Positions 9,350-19,544 of a stretch of 63,816 bases of DNA are shown one piece after another. The stretch covers positions 1-63,816 of the forward strand of contig JAPLYZ010000011.1 in the NCBI GenBank assembly GCA_026395295.1, given 5' to 3'. The notes under the pieces were generated by a model that made no database searches, was not told the DNA's origin, and saw only the letters and a list, made by a program, of their open reading frames with translations. The number at the start of each line of letters is the position of its first letter. Position 1 is the first letter of the stretch. Origin of the DNA: Candidatus Staskawiczbacteria bacterium (lineage in GTDB: Bacteria; Patescibacteriota; Minisyncoccia; Minisyncoccales; Staskawiczbacteraceae). The translations under genes and the position numbers were made by a program.

Positions 9350-11287
9350 ATGCCAGGAGAAAAAAATGGGAAAAAACAAAAAGGGATTGTTTATCCGGAG
9401 GTAAAACTCAAAGATGTTTTGAGGGCGTTTTGGAACGGGATTAGACCCAAAAAATTGTTATTTTTTATTATATTGGCGTCCATGATTTCTGTGAACGTGG
9501 TTGCTATTATTATGCCAATTTTTTATAAACAATTTTTTGACATTATTTCAGGGTACCCGCTTGAGGGTCACGGGAATAGTGCAATTATTGCCCAGCAGCT
9601 TTTCAAAATAATTCTTTATGTTTTAGGGCTTAATATGTTGTCTTGGGTCCTTTACAGAATAGCCACATTGGCAAACAACGTTTACGAACCAAGGGTTATG
9701 GCAAATTTGAAACAGCAGTCTTATGACCACTTAATGTCGCATTCGTATTCCTTTTTTGTTAACAATTTTGCAGGGTCACTGGTGCAAAGAGTCAACAGGT
9801 TCGCCAGAGCGTTCGAGAGAATGACAGACAACTTGGTTTGGAATTTGCTTCCTTTAGCGGTACGAGTTGTTTCCATTTTGGTTGTTGTTTTTGTTATTAA
9901 CAAATGGATTGCGTTGGTTATTTTCATTTGGACGCTTATTTTTATATTGTTTAATGTCACTTTTTCGAAATGGAAGTTGAAATACGATATTAAAGCCGCT
10001 GCGATGGATTCTGTCGCCACCGGATACTTGTCTGACACAATAGCAAACCAAAACAATATACAACTTTTTAATGGTTTTAATTTTGAATCTCAAGGTTATA
10101 AAAAGGTTACGAATGAACAGGCAAACGTAACAGTATTTGCATGGAATTTAGATGCGGTGGTGGAAGCAGGGCAGTCGTTTTTAACCATTGCGATAGAATT
10201 TGCTTTATTCTTTTTTTCAATTAAATATTGGGAACAAGGGCTGATAACAATTGGAGTATTTGTTTTGTTACAAGCATATATAATAAATATCATAAACCAG
10301 TTGTGGGGGTTCACAAGGTTAGTGCGAGACACATACCAAAGTTATGCCGATTCAAAAGAAATGGTGGAAATTTTGCTTTTGTCTCACGAAATTAAAGACG
10401 CGCCCGGCGCCAAAGAATTGGTTTTTAAAAAAGGTGAAATTGAATTTAAAAATTTAGGATTTAGCTTCAACTCCACGAGAAGCGTTTTAGAGGATATAAA
10501 TTTAATAATAAAGCCCGGAGAGAAAGTGGCGCTGGTGGGCCCGTCCGGGGCTGGTAAAACAACTTTTGTAAGATTGCTTCTAAGACTGTATTCTGCCACA
10601 GCGGGAAAAATTTTAATTGATGGGCAAGACATTTCAAGCGCAACGCAGGAAAGTTTGAGAAAAAATATTTCCATGGTGCCCCAGGACCCCATTTTGTTTC
10701 ACAGAACTTTGGCTGAAAACATAGCTTATGGGAAGATAAATAATGAACCCGCCTCTGCACAAGGCTACGGCGAGGCGAAGAAACAGATAGAAAACGCTGC
10801 AACCTTGGCGCACTGCGACGATTTTATAAAAGACCTGCCATATGGTTTTGAAACCTATGTTGGAGAAAGAGGGATAAAATTATCAGGCGGAGAGCGCCAG
10901 CGCGTGGCAATTGCCAGAGCGATTCTGAAAAATGCCCCGATTTTAATTTTAGATGAAGCGACATCAAGCTTGGACTCTAATTCTGAAATGCTTATTCAGG
11001 ATGCTTTGAATAATTTAATGCAGAGCAAAACCGTCATCGTAATCGCTCACCGGCTGTCAACAATTCAAAAAATGGACAGAATTATTGTCATTGATAATGG
11101 AAAAATTATTGAGCAAGGAAGCCACAAAGATTTATTGGAAAACGGAAGCGGTTTGTATAAAAAACTTTGGGAGTTACAAGCAGGTGGATTTTTGAAAGAA
11201 GAGGACGACGAACTTCCGGCATCGCCCGAAGAAATACCGGGCGTTGAAGATGAGGAAGAAGCCGAAGGGAAGTTCGCTAATTTTTAA
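9350..11287 (+). CDS. ABC exporter, fused permease/ATP-binding
   Basis: Six TM segments, GPSGAGKT, LSGGERQR, ILDEATS, IAHRLST; two in-frame palindromic inserts. Confidence 0.92.
   Translation: MPGEKNGKKQKGIVYPEVKLKDVLRAFWNGIRPKKLLFFIILASMISVNVVAIIMPIFYKQFFDIISGYPLEGHGNSAIIAQQLFKIILYVLGLNMLSWVLYRIATLANNVYEPRVMANLKQQSYDHLMSHSYSFFVNNFAGSLVQRVNRFARAFERMTDNLVWNLLPLAVRVVSILVVVFVINKWIALVIFIWTLIFILFNVTFSKWKLKYDIKAAAMDSVATGYLSDTIANQNNIQLFNGFNFESQGYKKVTNEQANVTVFAWNLDAVVEAGQSFLTIAIEFALFFFSIKYWEQGLITIGVFVLLQAYIINIINQLWGFTRLVRDTYQSYADSKEMVEILLLSHEIKDAPGAKELVFKKGEIEFKNLGFSFNSTRSVLEDINLIIKPGEKVALVGPSGAGKTTFVRLLLRLYSATAGKILIDGQDISSATQESLRKNISMVPQDPILFHRTLAENIAYGKINNEPASAQGYGEAKKQIENAATLAHCDDFIKDLPYGFETYVGERGIKLSGGERQRVAIARAILKNAPILILDEATSSLDSNSEMLIQDALNNLMQSKTVIVIAHRLSTIQKMDRIIVIDNGKIIEQGSHKDLLENGSGLYKKLWELQAGGFLKEEDDELPASPEEIPGVEDEEEAEGKFANF
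10748..10780 (+). repeat. Family A palindrome, in-frame in the ABC ATPase domain (PASAQGYGEAK)
   Basis: CCCGCCTCTGCACAAGGCTACGGCGAGGCGAAG. Confidence 0.8.
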
Positions 11288-11309
11288 ATTAAAATGTTAT
11301 AATAAAACT

Positions 11310-11825
11310 ATGGAAGAAAAAGAAAATGTAGTTTCGATAAATTGGGTGATGGTTGCTAAAAAAACTTTTCAGTTGAGTATTTTTGTCGGGTTGGCGGTTG
11401 TGGCTCCATATTTTTCGAACCAGTTAATAACAGGGTCTATTGTAAACGCCCTGCTTTTTATTTCTGTTCGCTTAATGGGAATTGAGTCGGCTTTTTTGTT
11501 GTGCCTGATTCCAAGCTTAATTTCCATTTACACCGGACTTTTGCCACTTGCCTTAGCCCCAATGATTCCGTTCATAATGACCGGCAACGCATTAATGGTT
11601 TTAGTTTTTTATAGTCTGAAGAAAAAAGGATTTTGGTTTGGTGCCATACCGTCTGCTTTTGTAAAATTTATTTTTATTTGGTTAGCTGGAACTGTTTTGG
11701 CAGGTTCGGTTTTGCATGGAATTGCTTCAAAGGTGGCGTTGATGATAAGCTGGCCACAACTTGCCACTGCAATTGCAGGGGCTTCCATTGCTTACTTATT
11801 TTTGAAGATAATTAGAAAATTATAA
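11310..11825 (+). CDS. ECF S-component-like membrane protein
   Basis: NQLITGSIVNALL, PFIMTGN, WPQLATA; about 6 TM helices; TGTTATAAT just upstream of ATG 11310. Confidence 0.6.
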   Translation: MEEKENVVSINWVMVAKKTFQLSIFVGLAVVAPYFSNQLITGSIVNALLFISVRLMGIESAFLLCLIPSLISIYTGLLPLALAPMIPFIMTGNALMVLVFYSLKKKGFWFGAIPSAFVKFIFIWLAGTVLAGSVLHGIASKVALMISWPQLATAIAGASIAYLFLKIIRKL

Positions 11826-11838
11826 AATATAAAAATAA

Positions 11839-12279
11839 ATGGAAGAAAAACCAAAAGTTGGAGTTGGCGTTATGATTTTGAATAATCGGGGAGAAGTTTT
11901 GCTTGGAAAAAGAATTGACGACCCTATTAAAGCAAGCAGTGATTTGCACGGTGAAGGTTGTTGGACAATGCCCGGTGGCAAGCTGGAGTTCCAAGAGACA
12001 TTAATAGATGGGGCAATAAGAGAAGTTTTGGAAGAGACCGGCATAAAACTTGATAAAGAAAAGACCAGCTTAATTAGCATTACCGATGAATTGCGTCCGG
12101 ACACCCACTATGTAACCGCCGGCTTTTTGTGCAGAGATTTTGTGGGAGAGCCAAAGGCGACAGAGCCAGAAGAAATAACCGAGTGGAAGTGGTATAATTT
12201 AAATAAGCTTCCAGATAATGTTTTTCTGCCAAGCGCTAAAATTATAAAAGCATATTTAAGCGGTAGAATTTATAATTAA
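11839..12279 (+). CDS. NUDIX hydrolase
   Basis: Nudix box PGGKLEFQETLIDGAIREVLEETG. Confidence 0.92.
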   Translation: MEEKPKVGVGVMILNNRGEVLLGKRIDDPIKASSDLHGEGCWTMPGGKLEFQETLIDGAIREVLEETGIKLDKEKTSLISITDELRPDTHYVTAGFLCRDFVGEPKATEPEEITEWKWYNLNKLPDNVFLPSAKIIKAYLSGRIYN

Positions 12280-12297
12280 TTAGAAAAACATAGAAAA

Positions 12298-13209
12298 ATG
12301 GCAAAGGTTGCCGGGACAATTGAAGTTACAGATGAAGAATATCCTGACATTTTGAAAAGCGCGCTGGAAAAACTTCAGCCTTGTTTGGGGCCAAAAAAAT
12401 TGTATTGGAAAGGAAATTATTCTGACGACATTTTTGGGAATTGTCTGGCGGTTGTTGGTTCGCGAAGGCTTACATCTTATGGCAGAAAGGCAACAGAGCA
12501 AATTGTAACCGAGGTTGCTGCCTCGGGTGTTACCATTGTTTCGGGGTTTATGTACGGAGGCGATGAAGCAGCGCACTCGGCAGCAGTAAAATGCGGAGGC
12601 AAAACCATTGCTGTAATGCCTTGCGGAATTGATTTAATACATCCTGCAAATCAAAAAGATCTTTACCAGAAAATTTTAGACAACAACGGACTGATTATTT
12701 CCGAGTACGAGGGTTTAACCCAACCTCAAACTTTCACCTATATCCAGCGCGACAGAATTGTGGCTGGGCTTTCAAAAGCGGTTTTAGTTACAGAGGCGGC
12801 TTTAGAATCGGGCTCTTTGATTACAGCTGGTTATGCTAAAAAATATGGCAGAAAAATTTTTGCTTTGCCAGGGCAAATTACCAGCGAAGTTTCGAAAGGA
12901 ACAACAAAGCTGATAAAAGAAGGGGCCGAACCTGTGGCTGAGGCCAAAGATATTTTAGACTTTTTCAAAATTACGCCAAAATTTTCAAAAAAAACATCCC
13001 ATCACAATCTCAGCGATAGCGTGAAATCTGATGGTATTGCTGGCATGCTTGAAGAAAAAATTATAGAACAATTAAAATTAGAGCCCATGAAAGCCGACGA
13101 AATGGCGCGGTTGTTTGCGGTTCCTGTTGCCCAGCTTGGTACAGCCCTTTCACTGATGCAGTTAAAAGGATTCATCAACCACGACAACGGAAAATATTAT
13201 TTAAACTAA
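12298..13209 (+). CDS. dprA: DNA-processing protein DprA
   Basis: AVVGSR, IVSGFMYGGD, RDRIVAGLS, SGSLITA, C-terminal winged helix. Confidence 0.92.
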   Translation: MAKVAGTIEVTDEEYPDILKSALEKLQPCLGPKKLYWKGNYSDDIFGNCLAVVGSRRLTSYGRKATEQIVTEVAASGVTIVSGFMYGGDEAAHSAAVKCGGKTIAVMPCGIDLIHPANQKDLYQKILDNNGLIISEYEGLTQPQTFTYIQRDRIVAGLSKAVLVTEAALESGSLITAGYAKKYGRKIFALPGQITSEVSKGTTKLIKEGAEPVAEAKDILDFFKITPKFSKKTSHHNLSDSVKSDGIAGMLEEKIIEQLKLEPMKADEMARLFAVPVAQLGTALSLMQLKGFINHDNGKYYLN

Positions 13210-13273
13210 GCTTTGTGTTATAATCAGGTTAATCACGATTAAAATAAAAAAGAATTAATTTAGAATTAAACTT

Positions 13274-14809
13274 ATGCTTATAAAAGTGCCGTCGGTGGCA
13301 AATATGGGGTTGGAAACCATAAAGGTTGACATTGAAATAAATTTAGCAAATAAAGGTTTGCCCGGGTTTGAAATCGTGGGACTAGCCGGCAAAGCAGTGG
13401 ACGAAAGCAAGGAAAGGGTGCGCACTGCCATTTTAAGCAGTGACGTGGACTTTCCGCAAAAGAAGATAACAGTCAACATGGCGCCGGCCGATGTGCCAAA
13501 GGAAGGTTCAATGTACGACTTGCCAATTGCCTTGGGAATTTTAAGCAGTGTGCTGAATTTCCCAATTCCCGAAAAGTCATTGTTTTTGGGCGAGTTATCG
13601 TTTGATGGGAGCTTGCGTCATACAAAAGGCGCTTTTTTAATGGCTCTTTTTGCCAAAGAATTTGGTTTTACAAATTTATTTGTGCCAAAAGATTCTGCCA
13701 ACGAGGCGGCCTGCATTAAAGGAATAAAAGTTTTTCCCGTTGAAGATTTGGGTCAAATTTGCAGGCATCTTTTGGGTGAGGAAAAGATTTTTCCCGTTGT
13801 TTATAAACCGGTTTCAGAAGACGCGCTGTCGGCAGTTGAATTTGATATGAAAGAGGTTTTGGGCCAGGAACAGGCAAAACGCGCCATGGAAATTGCAGCG
13901 GCCGGAGGGCACAATATTATAATGATTGGCACGCCTGGTTCCGGCAAAACAATGCTGGCGCGGGCATTGCCCGGCATATTGCCTCCGCTTAACGAAGCCG
14001 AGTCGCTTGAAGTGACAAAAATTTATTCAGCCTCTGGCGGCATTCCGCCCGGAGGGTCTTTAATTATGCGCCGACAATTTAGGTCGCCCCATCATACGGC
14101 TTCGCTGGCTGGGTTGGTGGGCGGAGGATCTAAACCTCAGCCGGGCGAAATAAGTTTGGCTCACCGAGGAGTTTTATTTTTGGACGAGTTTAATGAATTT
14201 CCAAGGTCAATTATGGAAGCAATGCGTCAGCCCTTGGAAGACGGTTATCTGACAATTTCAAGGTCTAAACAACGCATTACCTATCCGGCCGATTTTATGC
14301 TTGTTGCCTCGGCAAACCCCTGCCCTTGCGGATATGCCAACCACCCAAAAAAGAGTTGCGTTTGCGGGCCCAATCAGATAGCCAAATATCAAAAAAGAAT
14401 TTCAGGACCAATTTTAGACAGAATTGATTTGCATATTTCTGTTGTGCCTGTAGACACCGAGGAATTTTCTGAAAACCAGAAAAATTCGGAATTTTTAGAG
14501 CCTTCGGAAAAAATAAAACAAAGAGTGGTTTTGGCCCGACAAAAACAGCAGGCACGCTTTACTTTAGAAGAAATCCATTCAAACAGTCAGATGAAAAATA
14601 GCCACATTAAAAAATATTGCAAACTTTCAAAAGAAGTTGAGCAAATTTTAAGGCAAGCAAGTCTAAAGTTTCAGCTTTCAGCAAGGTCTTATATGAAAAT
14701 GGTAAAAGTGGCGCGCACCATTGCCGATTTAGACGCTTCGGAAAATATTGAGGTAAATCACATGGCCGAAGCTTTGCAATATAGATTAAAAAACTATGAG
14801 TCAGCATAA
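13274..14809 (+). CDS. comM: ComM/YifB Mg-chelatase-like AAA+ ATPase
   Basis: ESKERVR, GTPGSGKTMLAR, FRSPHH, PGEISLAHRGVLFLDE, NPCPCG. Confidence 0.93.
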   Translation: MLIKVPSVANMGLETIKVDIEINLANKGLPGFEIVGLAGKAVDESKERVRTAILSSDVDFPQKKITVNMAPADVPKEGSMYDLPIALGILSSVLNFPIPEKSLFLGELSFDGSLRHTKGAFLMALFAKEFGFTNLFVPKDSANEAACIKGIKVFPVEDLGQICRHLLGEEKIFPVVYKPVSEDALSAVEFDMKEVLGQEQAKRAMEIAAAGGHNIIMIGTPGSGKTMLARALPGILPPLNEAESLEVTKIYSASGGIPPGGSLIMRRQFRSPHHTASLAGLVGGGSKPQPGEISLAHRGVLFLDEFNEFPRSIMEAMRQPLEDGYLTISRSKQRITYPADFMLVASANPCPCGYANHPKKSCVCGPNQIAKYQKRISGPILDRIDLHISVVPVDTEEFSENQKNSEFLEPSEKIKQRVVLARQKQQARFTLEEIHSNSQMKNSHIKKYCKLSKEVEQILRQASLKFQLSARSYMKMVKVARTIADLDASENIEVNHMAEALQYRLKNYESA

Positions 14810-15215
14810 CGAAGTGGGGAAAATTGGAGAGGATTTGGCAAGGCATTATTTGGAAGAGCAGGGGTATAAAATAATTGAGCAGAATTATAAAACAAAATAT
14901 GCCGAGATTGATTTGATTGCTGAAAAGTCCGGCGGATTTTTTGGAAATAAAAGTTTAGTTTTTGTTGAAGTGCGCACAAAAGTTGGTGAGCAATTCGGCA
15001 GCCCTGAAGACACAATAAATAAAGCCAAACTTTGGAAAGTTTTACAGAATGCCAAAAGTTACTCGGCTTTTAAAAGGTGGCAGGGTCAAGAAAGGATTGA
15101 TGCCATTTGTATTGTGCTTGGGCCCCGTAATAAACACGGGGCGCCAGGCGATTCTCGCTCTGGCGATTTTTCTGTCGCGCGCCTGACTCACCACGAAAAT
15201 ATTGTTTCAGGATAA
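14796..15215 (+). CDS. yraN: YraN (UPF0102) putative endonuclease
   Basis: GKIGEDLA, EIDLIA, VFVEVRTK; C-terminal in-frame double-hairpin insert. Confidence 0.9.
   Translation: MSQHNEVGKIGEDLARHYLEEQGYKIIEQNYKTKYAEIDLIAEKSGGFFGNKSLVFVEVRTKVGEQFGSPEDTINKAKLWKVLQNAKSYSAFKRWQGQERIDAICIVLGPRNKHGAPGDSRSGDFSVARLTHHENIVSG
15122..15165 (+). repeat. Two tandem hairpins in-frame in yraN (PRNKHGAPGDSRSG)
   Basis: GCCCCGT-aataaac-ACGGGGC followed by CGCCAG-GCGA-ttc-TCGC-T-CTGGCG. Confidence 0.65.
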
Positions 15216-15305
15216 AAATATTTTTATTGCCAAAATTTTAGGTTATTTTTATAAAAAAAGACCCGTCTATTTTTAAAGACAGGTTTGCGAACGTTGAAAC
15301 AATTT

Positions 15306-15851
15306 TCAACTTAACTCGGGGGAGCAGTCTGAAAGCGAAGTGGCTAATCCGGCTTCCAAAGCTTTGCGCATGGTCGTTGAAGATGCAAGCGCTTCTGTGG
15401 CGGATTCATCGGTCTCGAGCCAGTCTTCGATTTCCATCAGAAGCGGCTCAATTGACTTCCCTTTTTGGACGTAGCCAGTTTTCTCATCATGATTTTGAGC
15501 GAACTCAATAGTTTGGTCGTCCAAAACCGTGAAGTATATCCACGGTATCTGTCGCAAATCTTCACGCTGGCGGAACTTTTTCCAACACCGAGTTCCAGCC
15601 ATGCGGAAACCCCCCTCTTCAACTCCTTGGGGTTTCGGAATTGGCGTTTCGCCAAACGCCCAAGGGAGCATTACGTCGGAGATAACCATGATTGGTTTCT
15701 CGCCTTGCGCCGGCAGTCTGGCGATAAACTCGTAAAATTCACTTTCAGTCTCCACCAATCTCACCGCGAAATCGGTGAAGCGACGATTGACTGCAGACAT
15801 AATAGCCAGCGCTTGTTGCGGGTCATCTTCAATCAGAATTATAGATTTCAT
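15306..15851 (-). CDS. Divergent response-regulator receiver-domain protein
   Basis: ILIEDD, VISDVMLP, IYFTV, YVQKG; more GC-rich, flanked by convergent terminator. Confidence 0.7.
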   Translation of the reverse strand: MKSIILIEDDPQQALAIMSAVNRRFTDFAVRLVETESEFYEFIARLPAQGEKPIMVISDVMLPWAFGETPIPKPQGVEEGGFRMAGTRCWKKFRQREDLRQIPWIYFTVLDDQTIEFAQNHDEKTGYVQKGKSIEPLLMEIEDWLETDESATEALASSTTMRKALEAGLATSLSDCSPELS

Positions 15852-16028
15852 ATTTGCCTTTCAACGAACAATCAGCGATTTTCTAACGATTGCTTAATTT
15901 ATTATGAAAAACATATTATGTCAATGATTTTATACCAAGGCATGGCTATTTTTTAATAAAAATAGTAAAATTAAATAAATATTATTAAAAATAGAAAATA
16001 AAATTATATCGCTACACTACGTAAACTT

Positions 16029-16973
16029 ATGGAAAAAGAAATCAAAAGAAATATACCAAGAGATTTGTTTTTGCATCTTTTGGCAATTGTTACGCTCTAC
16101 TGGTCGGCAGTAAGTTTTGTCACTTTGTTGTGGCAACACGTAAATTATTATTTTCCCGATGTTTTGAACGGATATTATGGATATGCGTCAGCTCTTACCG
16201 GACCAATCAGGTTTGCTGTTTCTTCTTTGATTATAGTGTTCCCTGTTTTTATTTTGGTTTCGTGGTACTTAAATAAAATTTACGCCAGAGAAGCGCAAGT
16301 TAGGGAATCTAAAATAAGAAAATGGCTGATATATTTGACTCTTTTCATTGCTTCGTTGGTGATAATTGGAGACTTAATCAGTGTGATAAATATGCTTTTG
16401 GGAGGGGAAATAACCACAAGGTTTATTTTAAAAGCGTTATCAATACTTTTGGTTGCCGGATTTGTTTTTGGGTATTATTTAGATGACGTAAGACGCGAGA
16501 CACCAACAAAATCAGCCAAATATTTTGCTTGGGCAACAGGCACTTTGGTTTTGGTGGCAATTATCAGCTCATTTTTTATAGTTGGCTCGCCTGCAAGCGC
16601 AAGATTAATGCAGTTCGACCAGCAGAAAGTTAATGATTTACAGAACATTCAATATCAAGTTGTAAATTATTGGCAGAGCAAAGAAAAATTGCCGGTGGCG
16701 CTGGGCGATTTGGACAACAAAATTTCCGGATTCGTTGTTCCATTTGATCCGCAAACGAACTCTCCTTACGAATACATTGTGAAAGACGCCACGAGTTTGT
16801 CTTTTGAGCTGTGCGCTACTTTTAATAAAACCAGTCAGGGAAACGCGATAACACAACCCTATTATCCAACCCCATCTGGCATTGACCAAAATTGGAGCCA
16901 CGCAACAGGAAAAGTTTGTTTTGAAAGAACAATTGATAAACAATTTTACCCGCCGTTTAGCAAAACAAAGTAA
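16029..16973 (+). CDS. DUF5671 family membrane protein
   Basis: IRKWLIYLTLFIA, RFILKAL, GSPASAR, DPQTNSPYEY, FELCATF. Confidence 0.75.
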   Translation: MEKEIKRNIPRDLFLHLLAIVTLYWSAVSFVTLLWQHVNYYFPDVLNGYYGYASALTGPIRFAVSSLIIVFPVFILVSWYLNKIYAREAQVRESKIRKWLIYLTLFIASLVIIGDLISVINMLLGGEITTRFILKALSILLVAGFVFGYYLDDVRRETPTKSAKYFAWATGTLVLVAIISSFFIVGSPASARLMQFDQQKVNDLQNIQYQVVNYWQSKEKLPVALGDLDNKISGFVVPFDPQTNSPYEYIVKDATSLSFELCATFNKTSQGNAITQPYYPTPSGIDQNWSHATGKVCFERTIDKQFYPPFSKTK

Positions 16974-16980
16974 TAACTTG

Positions 16981-17003
16981 CCTGCCCTGAGTTTGTCGAA
17001 GGG
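16981..17003 (-). repeat. Family B palindrome, intergenic
   Basis: Reverse complement CCCTTCGACAAACTCAGGGCAGG. Confidence 0.8.
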
Positions 17004-17049
17004 TGGATATATTGTGGAGAACAGGTATAAAATTATAGGGATAAATTGT

Positions 17050-17838
17050 ATGAAACCAGACCAAGAAAAATTAAGAGACCAGGAATCTCCTGAAGCAGAA
17101 GCCGAGGAGGAACTTCTGAAATTAGGAGTTGCCACTGTGCCGGAAAACATCCGAGTAGTTTTGGAGTTGCAAAAAACTTCCCAGCACCCTAGGGGATTTG
17201 ATGATATCGTTAAGGCTGAAACCTTAGAACAAGCTGAAAAGGCAATGGAAGAAAAGGGCATAGAACATTTTGTCCACGCCGAGGACCCGCATCTTTGGGT
17301 CCACTGTAAAATAGCAATGAAAATGGTTGAGTTTATGCCAATTGCCGATGAAAAAAAAGCAGACTTGAAATTAATTTTGCTGTACCACGATTATGGTAAA
17401 ACAGCGCCGGGAATGGAGTACCGCAGGGAAATAAAAGATATTCAGAGAAAAGAATTGGCAAGGGGTAAATTGTATAAAGTGACAAAGGGCCATGCTTCAG
17501 AAAAATTGGAAGAGACAGAAGCTGGATTTAGGGCAAACGGAATAAGCGGGCGCAAGCTGGAGGTTTTTATGACAGTTGTAAGGAATCACATGGAAACTTC
17601 TTTGCCGGAGATGTCCGGAGCGAAATCGGTGAATTTGTTTGAAGGTTTTGGCGAAACTGACGAGGAAAAAAGGGGGGTTGCTGAATTATTAGCATGGACA
17701 ATACAAGCTGATAGCAACGCCACTTCGCATCTTAAATTTACCGATAGAAGAGAACTGGGTATAGAATTTAAAGACAACAGAACTGGCTTAGATTTTGAAA
17801 AAATCTGGTCAAAGTATTTAGACGCCAAGCGAGACTAA
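17050..17838 (+). CDS. HD-domain hypothetical protein
   Basis: H...LLYHDYGK...GH...NHM...AD pattern; start at MKPDQ. Confidence 0.6.
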   Translation: MKPDQEKLRDQESPEAEAEEELLKLGVATVPENIRVVLELQKTSQHPRGFDDIVKAETLEQAEKAMEEKGIEHFVHAEDPHLWVHCKIAMKMVEFMPIADEKKADLKLILLYHDYGKTAPGMEYRREIKDIQRKELARGKLYKVTKGHASEKLEETEAGFRANGISGRKLEVFMTVVRNHMETSLPEMSGAKSVNLFEGFGETDEEKRGVAELLAWTIQADSNATSHLKFTDRRELGIEFKDNRTGLDFEKIWSKYLDAKRD

Positions 17839-17850
17839 AAGGTCAAAAAT

Positions 17851-17879
17851 TTGACAGGGGGGTTGGATTTTGGTAAGCT
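17851..17879 (+). promoter_or_regulatory. Probable sigma70 promoter for nusA
   Basis: TTGACA-17 nt (contains G6)-TAAGCT. Confidence 0.55.
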
Positions 17880-17941
17880 GATATAAAGATAAGAAAGAGT
17901 TAACTTGTCCGTCTGACCACGGACTTTTTTTCTAAATAAAT

Positions 17942-18049
17942 TTCGCTCGGAAAATAATTTTCTGCTAACGCTCGTGTCCCGCTTCGCGGGAAACTCGCTT
18001 CGACAGGCGCTTCGCGTCCTGTAATACGCTGAAAATCATTTTCCTCGCT
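17942..18049. repeat. ~110-bp multi-hairpin repeat, copy 1 (nusA leader)
   Basis: Outer stem GGAAAATAATTTTC/GAAAATCATTTTCC with inner GCTTCGC hairpins; second copy at 28313-28428. Confidence 0.85.
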
Positions 18050-18061
18050 AAAATATAAACT

Positions 18062-19444
18062 ATGGACATAAAAAGTTTCAAGGGAGCATTGGCTCAAATA
18101 GCAGAAGAAAGGGGCATTTCGCCGGAAAAGGTTATTGAAACAATTGAAGTGGCAATTGCCACTGCTTATAAAAAAGATTACGGAGAAAAAGGCCAGAAAA
18201 TCAAGGCAAAATTCAACCCGACATCGGGCGATGTTAAGTTTTGGCAGGTGAAGCTGGTTGTTGACGATTCAATGCTTTACACAGAAGAGGAAATTGAAGA
18301 AATGAAGGAAAAAAGAGAATTTCCACAGGAAGAAGCAAGACCGGGCGAGGAAACGCCGAAGAAATATGTTTTTAACCCTGAAAAGCACATAATGATTAGC
18401 GATGCTAAGAAAGATTATCCTAAGATCAAAGTTGGCGAGGAAATCGAAATTTCGCTGGTTTCTAAGCAAGATTATGGCAGAATTGCGGCTCAGACAGCTA
18501 AGCAAGTTATTTTGCAAAAAATCAGGGAGGCGGAAAAAGAAACAATTTCTGCTGAATACAGGTCTAAAGAGGGTGAAATTGTTTCGGGAATTGTGCAAAG
18601 AGTTGAGGGCCATACAATTTTTGTGGATATTGGAAAAACTTTGGGAATTTTAAACAGAGAAGAACAGATTCCGGGTGAGTTTTACAGACCAAGCCAGCGC
18701 TTGAAGCTTTACATAATGAAAGTTGAAGAAACGCCAAAAGGCTCGGTGGTTATGCTTTCAAGGGCCTATCCAAAATTAATTTCAAAATTGTTTGAATTGG
18801 AAGTACCGGAAATTGCTTCCGGAACCGTTGTTATAAAAGCAATTGCCAGGGAGCCGGGGTTCCGCACAAAAATTGCGGTTGTTTCCAACGAAGAGGGGGT
18901 TGACCCTATTGGAGCTTGCGTTGGGCAAAGAGGAACAAGAATTATGGCAGTTATCAACGAACTTGGAGGTGAAAAAATTGATGTGATTTCCTGGCAAGAG
19001 CAGCCGGAAAAATTTATTGCCAGCGCTTTATCTCCTGCAAAAATTGTTGGAGTAAAAGTTGAGGACAAAAATACCGCAACGGTTTTTGTGCCAGAAGATC
19101 AGCTTTCATTGGCCATTGGAAAAGATGGCAGGAATGTTCGCTTGGCGGCTCAGTTAACAGGTTGGAAAATAGACATTAAGCCAGTTGCAGCGACACCGGA
19201 AGCAGTTGAGGGAGGAGGGGTAAAGGAAAAAGTTGTAGCAGAAAAGGACACCGCCTCCGTTGAAACTACGGCGGTCAAAGCAAAAAAAGAAAAGAAAGTG
19301 AAGAAATCTAAAAAAGTTGGAACTCCCGCCGACGCTGAAAGCTTTGGCGAGGCAAAGGATGGAGAAGCTGTTGAGGCCGAACCGAGTGAAGTAGACGCCG
19401 CCGCCGAAGAAAAGCCTATGGAAACTTCAGAAGAAACAAAATAA
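18062..19444 (+). CDS. nusA: Transcription termination factor NusA
   Basis: YGRIAAQTAKQVI, AREPGFRTKIAV, DPIGACVG, LAIGKDGRNVRLA; the tail contains two family A inserts. Confidence 0.96.
   Translation: MDIKSFKGALAQIAEERGISPEKVIETIEVAIATAYKKDYGEKGQKIKAKFNPTSGDVKFWQVKLVVDDSMLYTEEEIEEMKEKREFPQEEARPGEETPKKYVFNPEKHIMISDAKKDYPKIKVGEEIEISLVSKQDYGRIAAQTAKQVILQKIREAEKETISAEYRSKEGEIVSGIVQRVEGHTIFVDIGKTLGILNREEQIPGEFYRPSQRLKLYIMKVEETPKGSVVMLSRAYPKLISKLFELEVPEIASGTVVIKAIAREPGFRTKIAVVSNEEGVDPIGACVGQRGTRIMAVINELGGEKIDVISWQEQPEKFIASALSPAKIVGVKVEDKNTATVFVPEDQLSLAIGKDGRNVRLAAQLTGWKIDIKPVAATPEAVEGGGVKEKVVAEKDTASVETTAVKAKKEKKVKKSKKVGTPADAESFGEAKDGEAVEAEPSEVDAAAEEKPMETSEETK
19251..19280 (+). repeat. Family A palindrome, in-frame in the nusA tail (ASVETTAVK)
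   Basis: CCGCCTCCGTTGAAACTACGGCGGTCAAAG. Confidence 0.7.
19325..19358 (+). repeat. Family A palindrome, in-frame in the nusA tail (PADAESFGEAK)
   Basis: CCCGCCGACGCTGAAAGCTTTGGCGAGGCAAAGG. Confidence 0.7.
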
Positions 19445-19488
19445 AAAATAATTAAAAAGTAATTAGTTCCAAGTTTCAAAATTGATTT

Positions 19489-19540
19489 GTCATTGAAAAT
19501 TGTAAATTCAATGAAAATTGTAAATTGAAAATTGAAAATT
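19489..19540 (+). repeat. Degenerate heptamer tandem repeat, copy 2
   Basis: GTCATTGAAAATTGTAAATT...TGAAAATTGTAAATTGAAAATTGAAAATT immediately before the hppA start. Confidence 0.7.
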
Positions 19541-19544
19541 TCGT

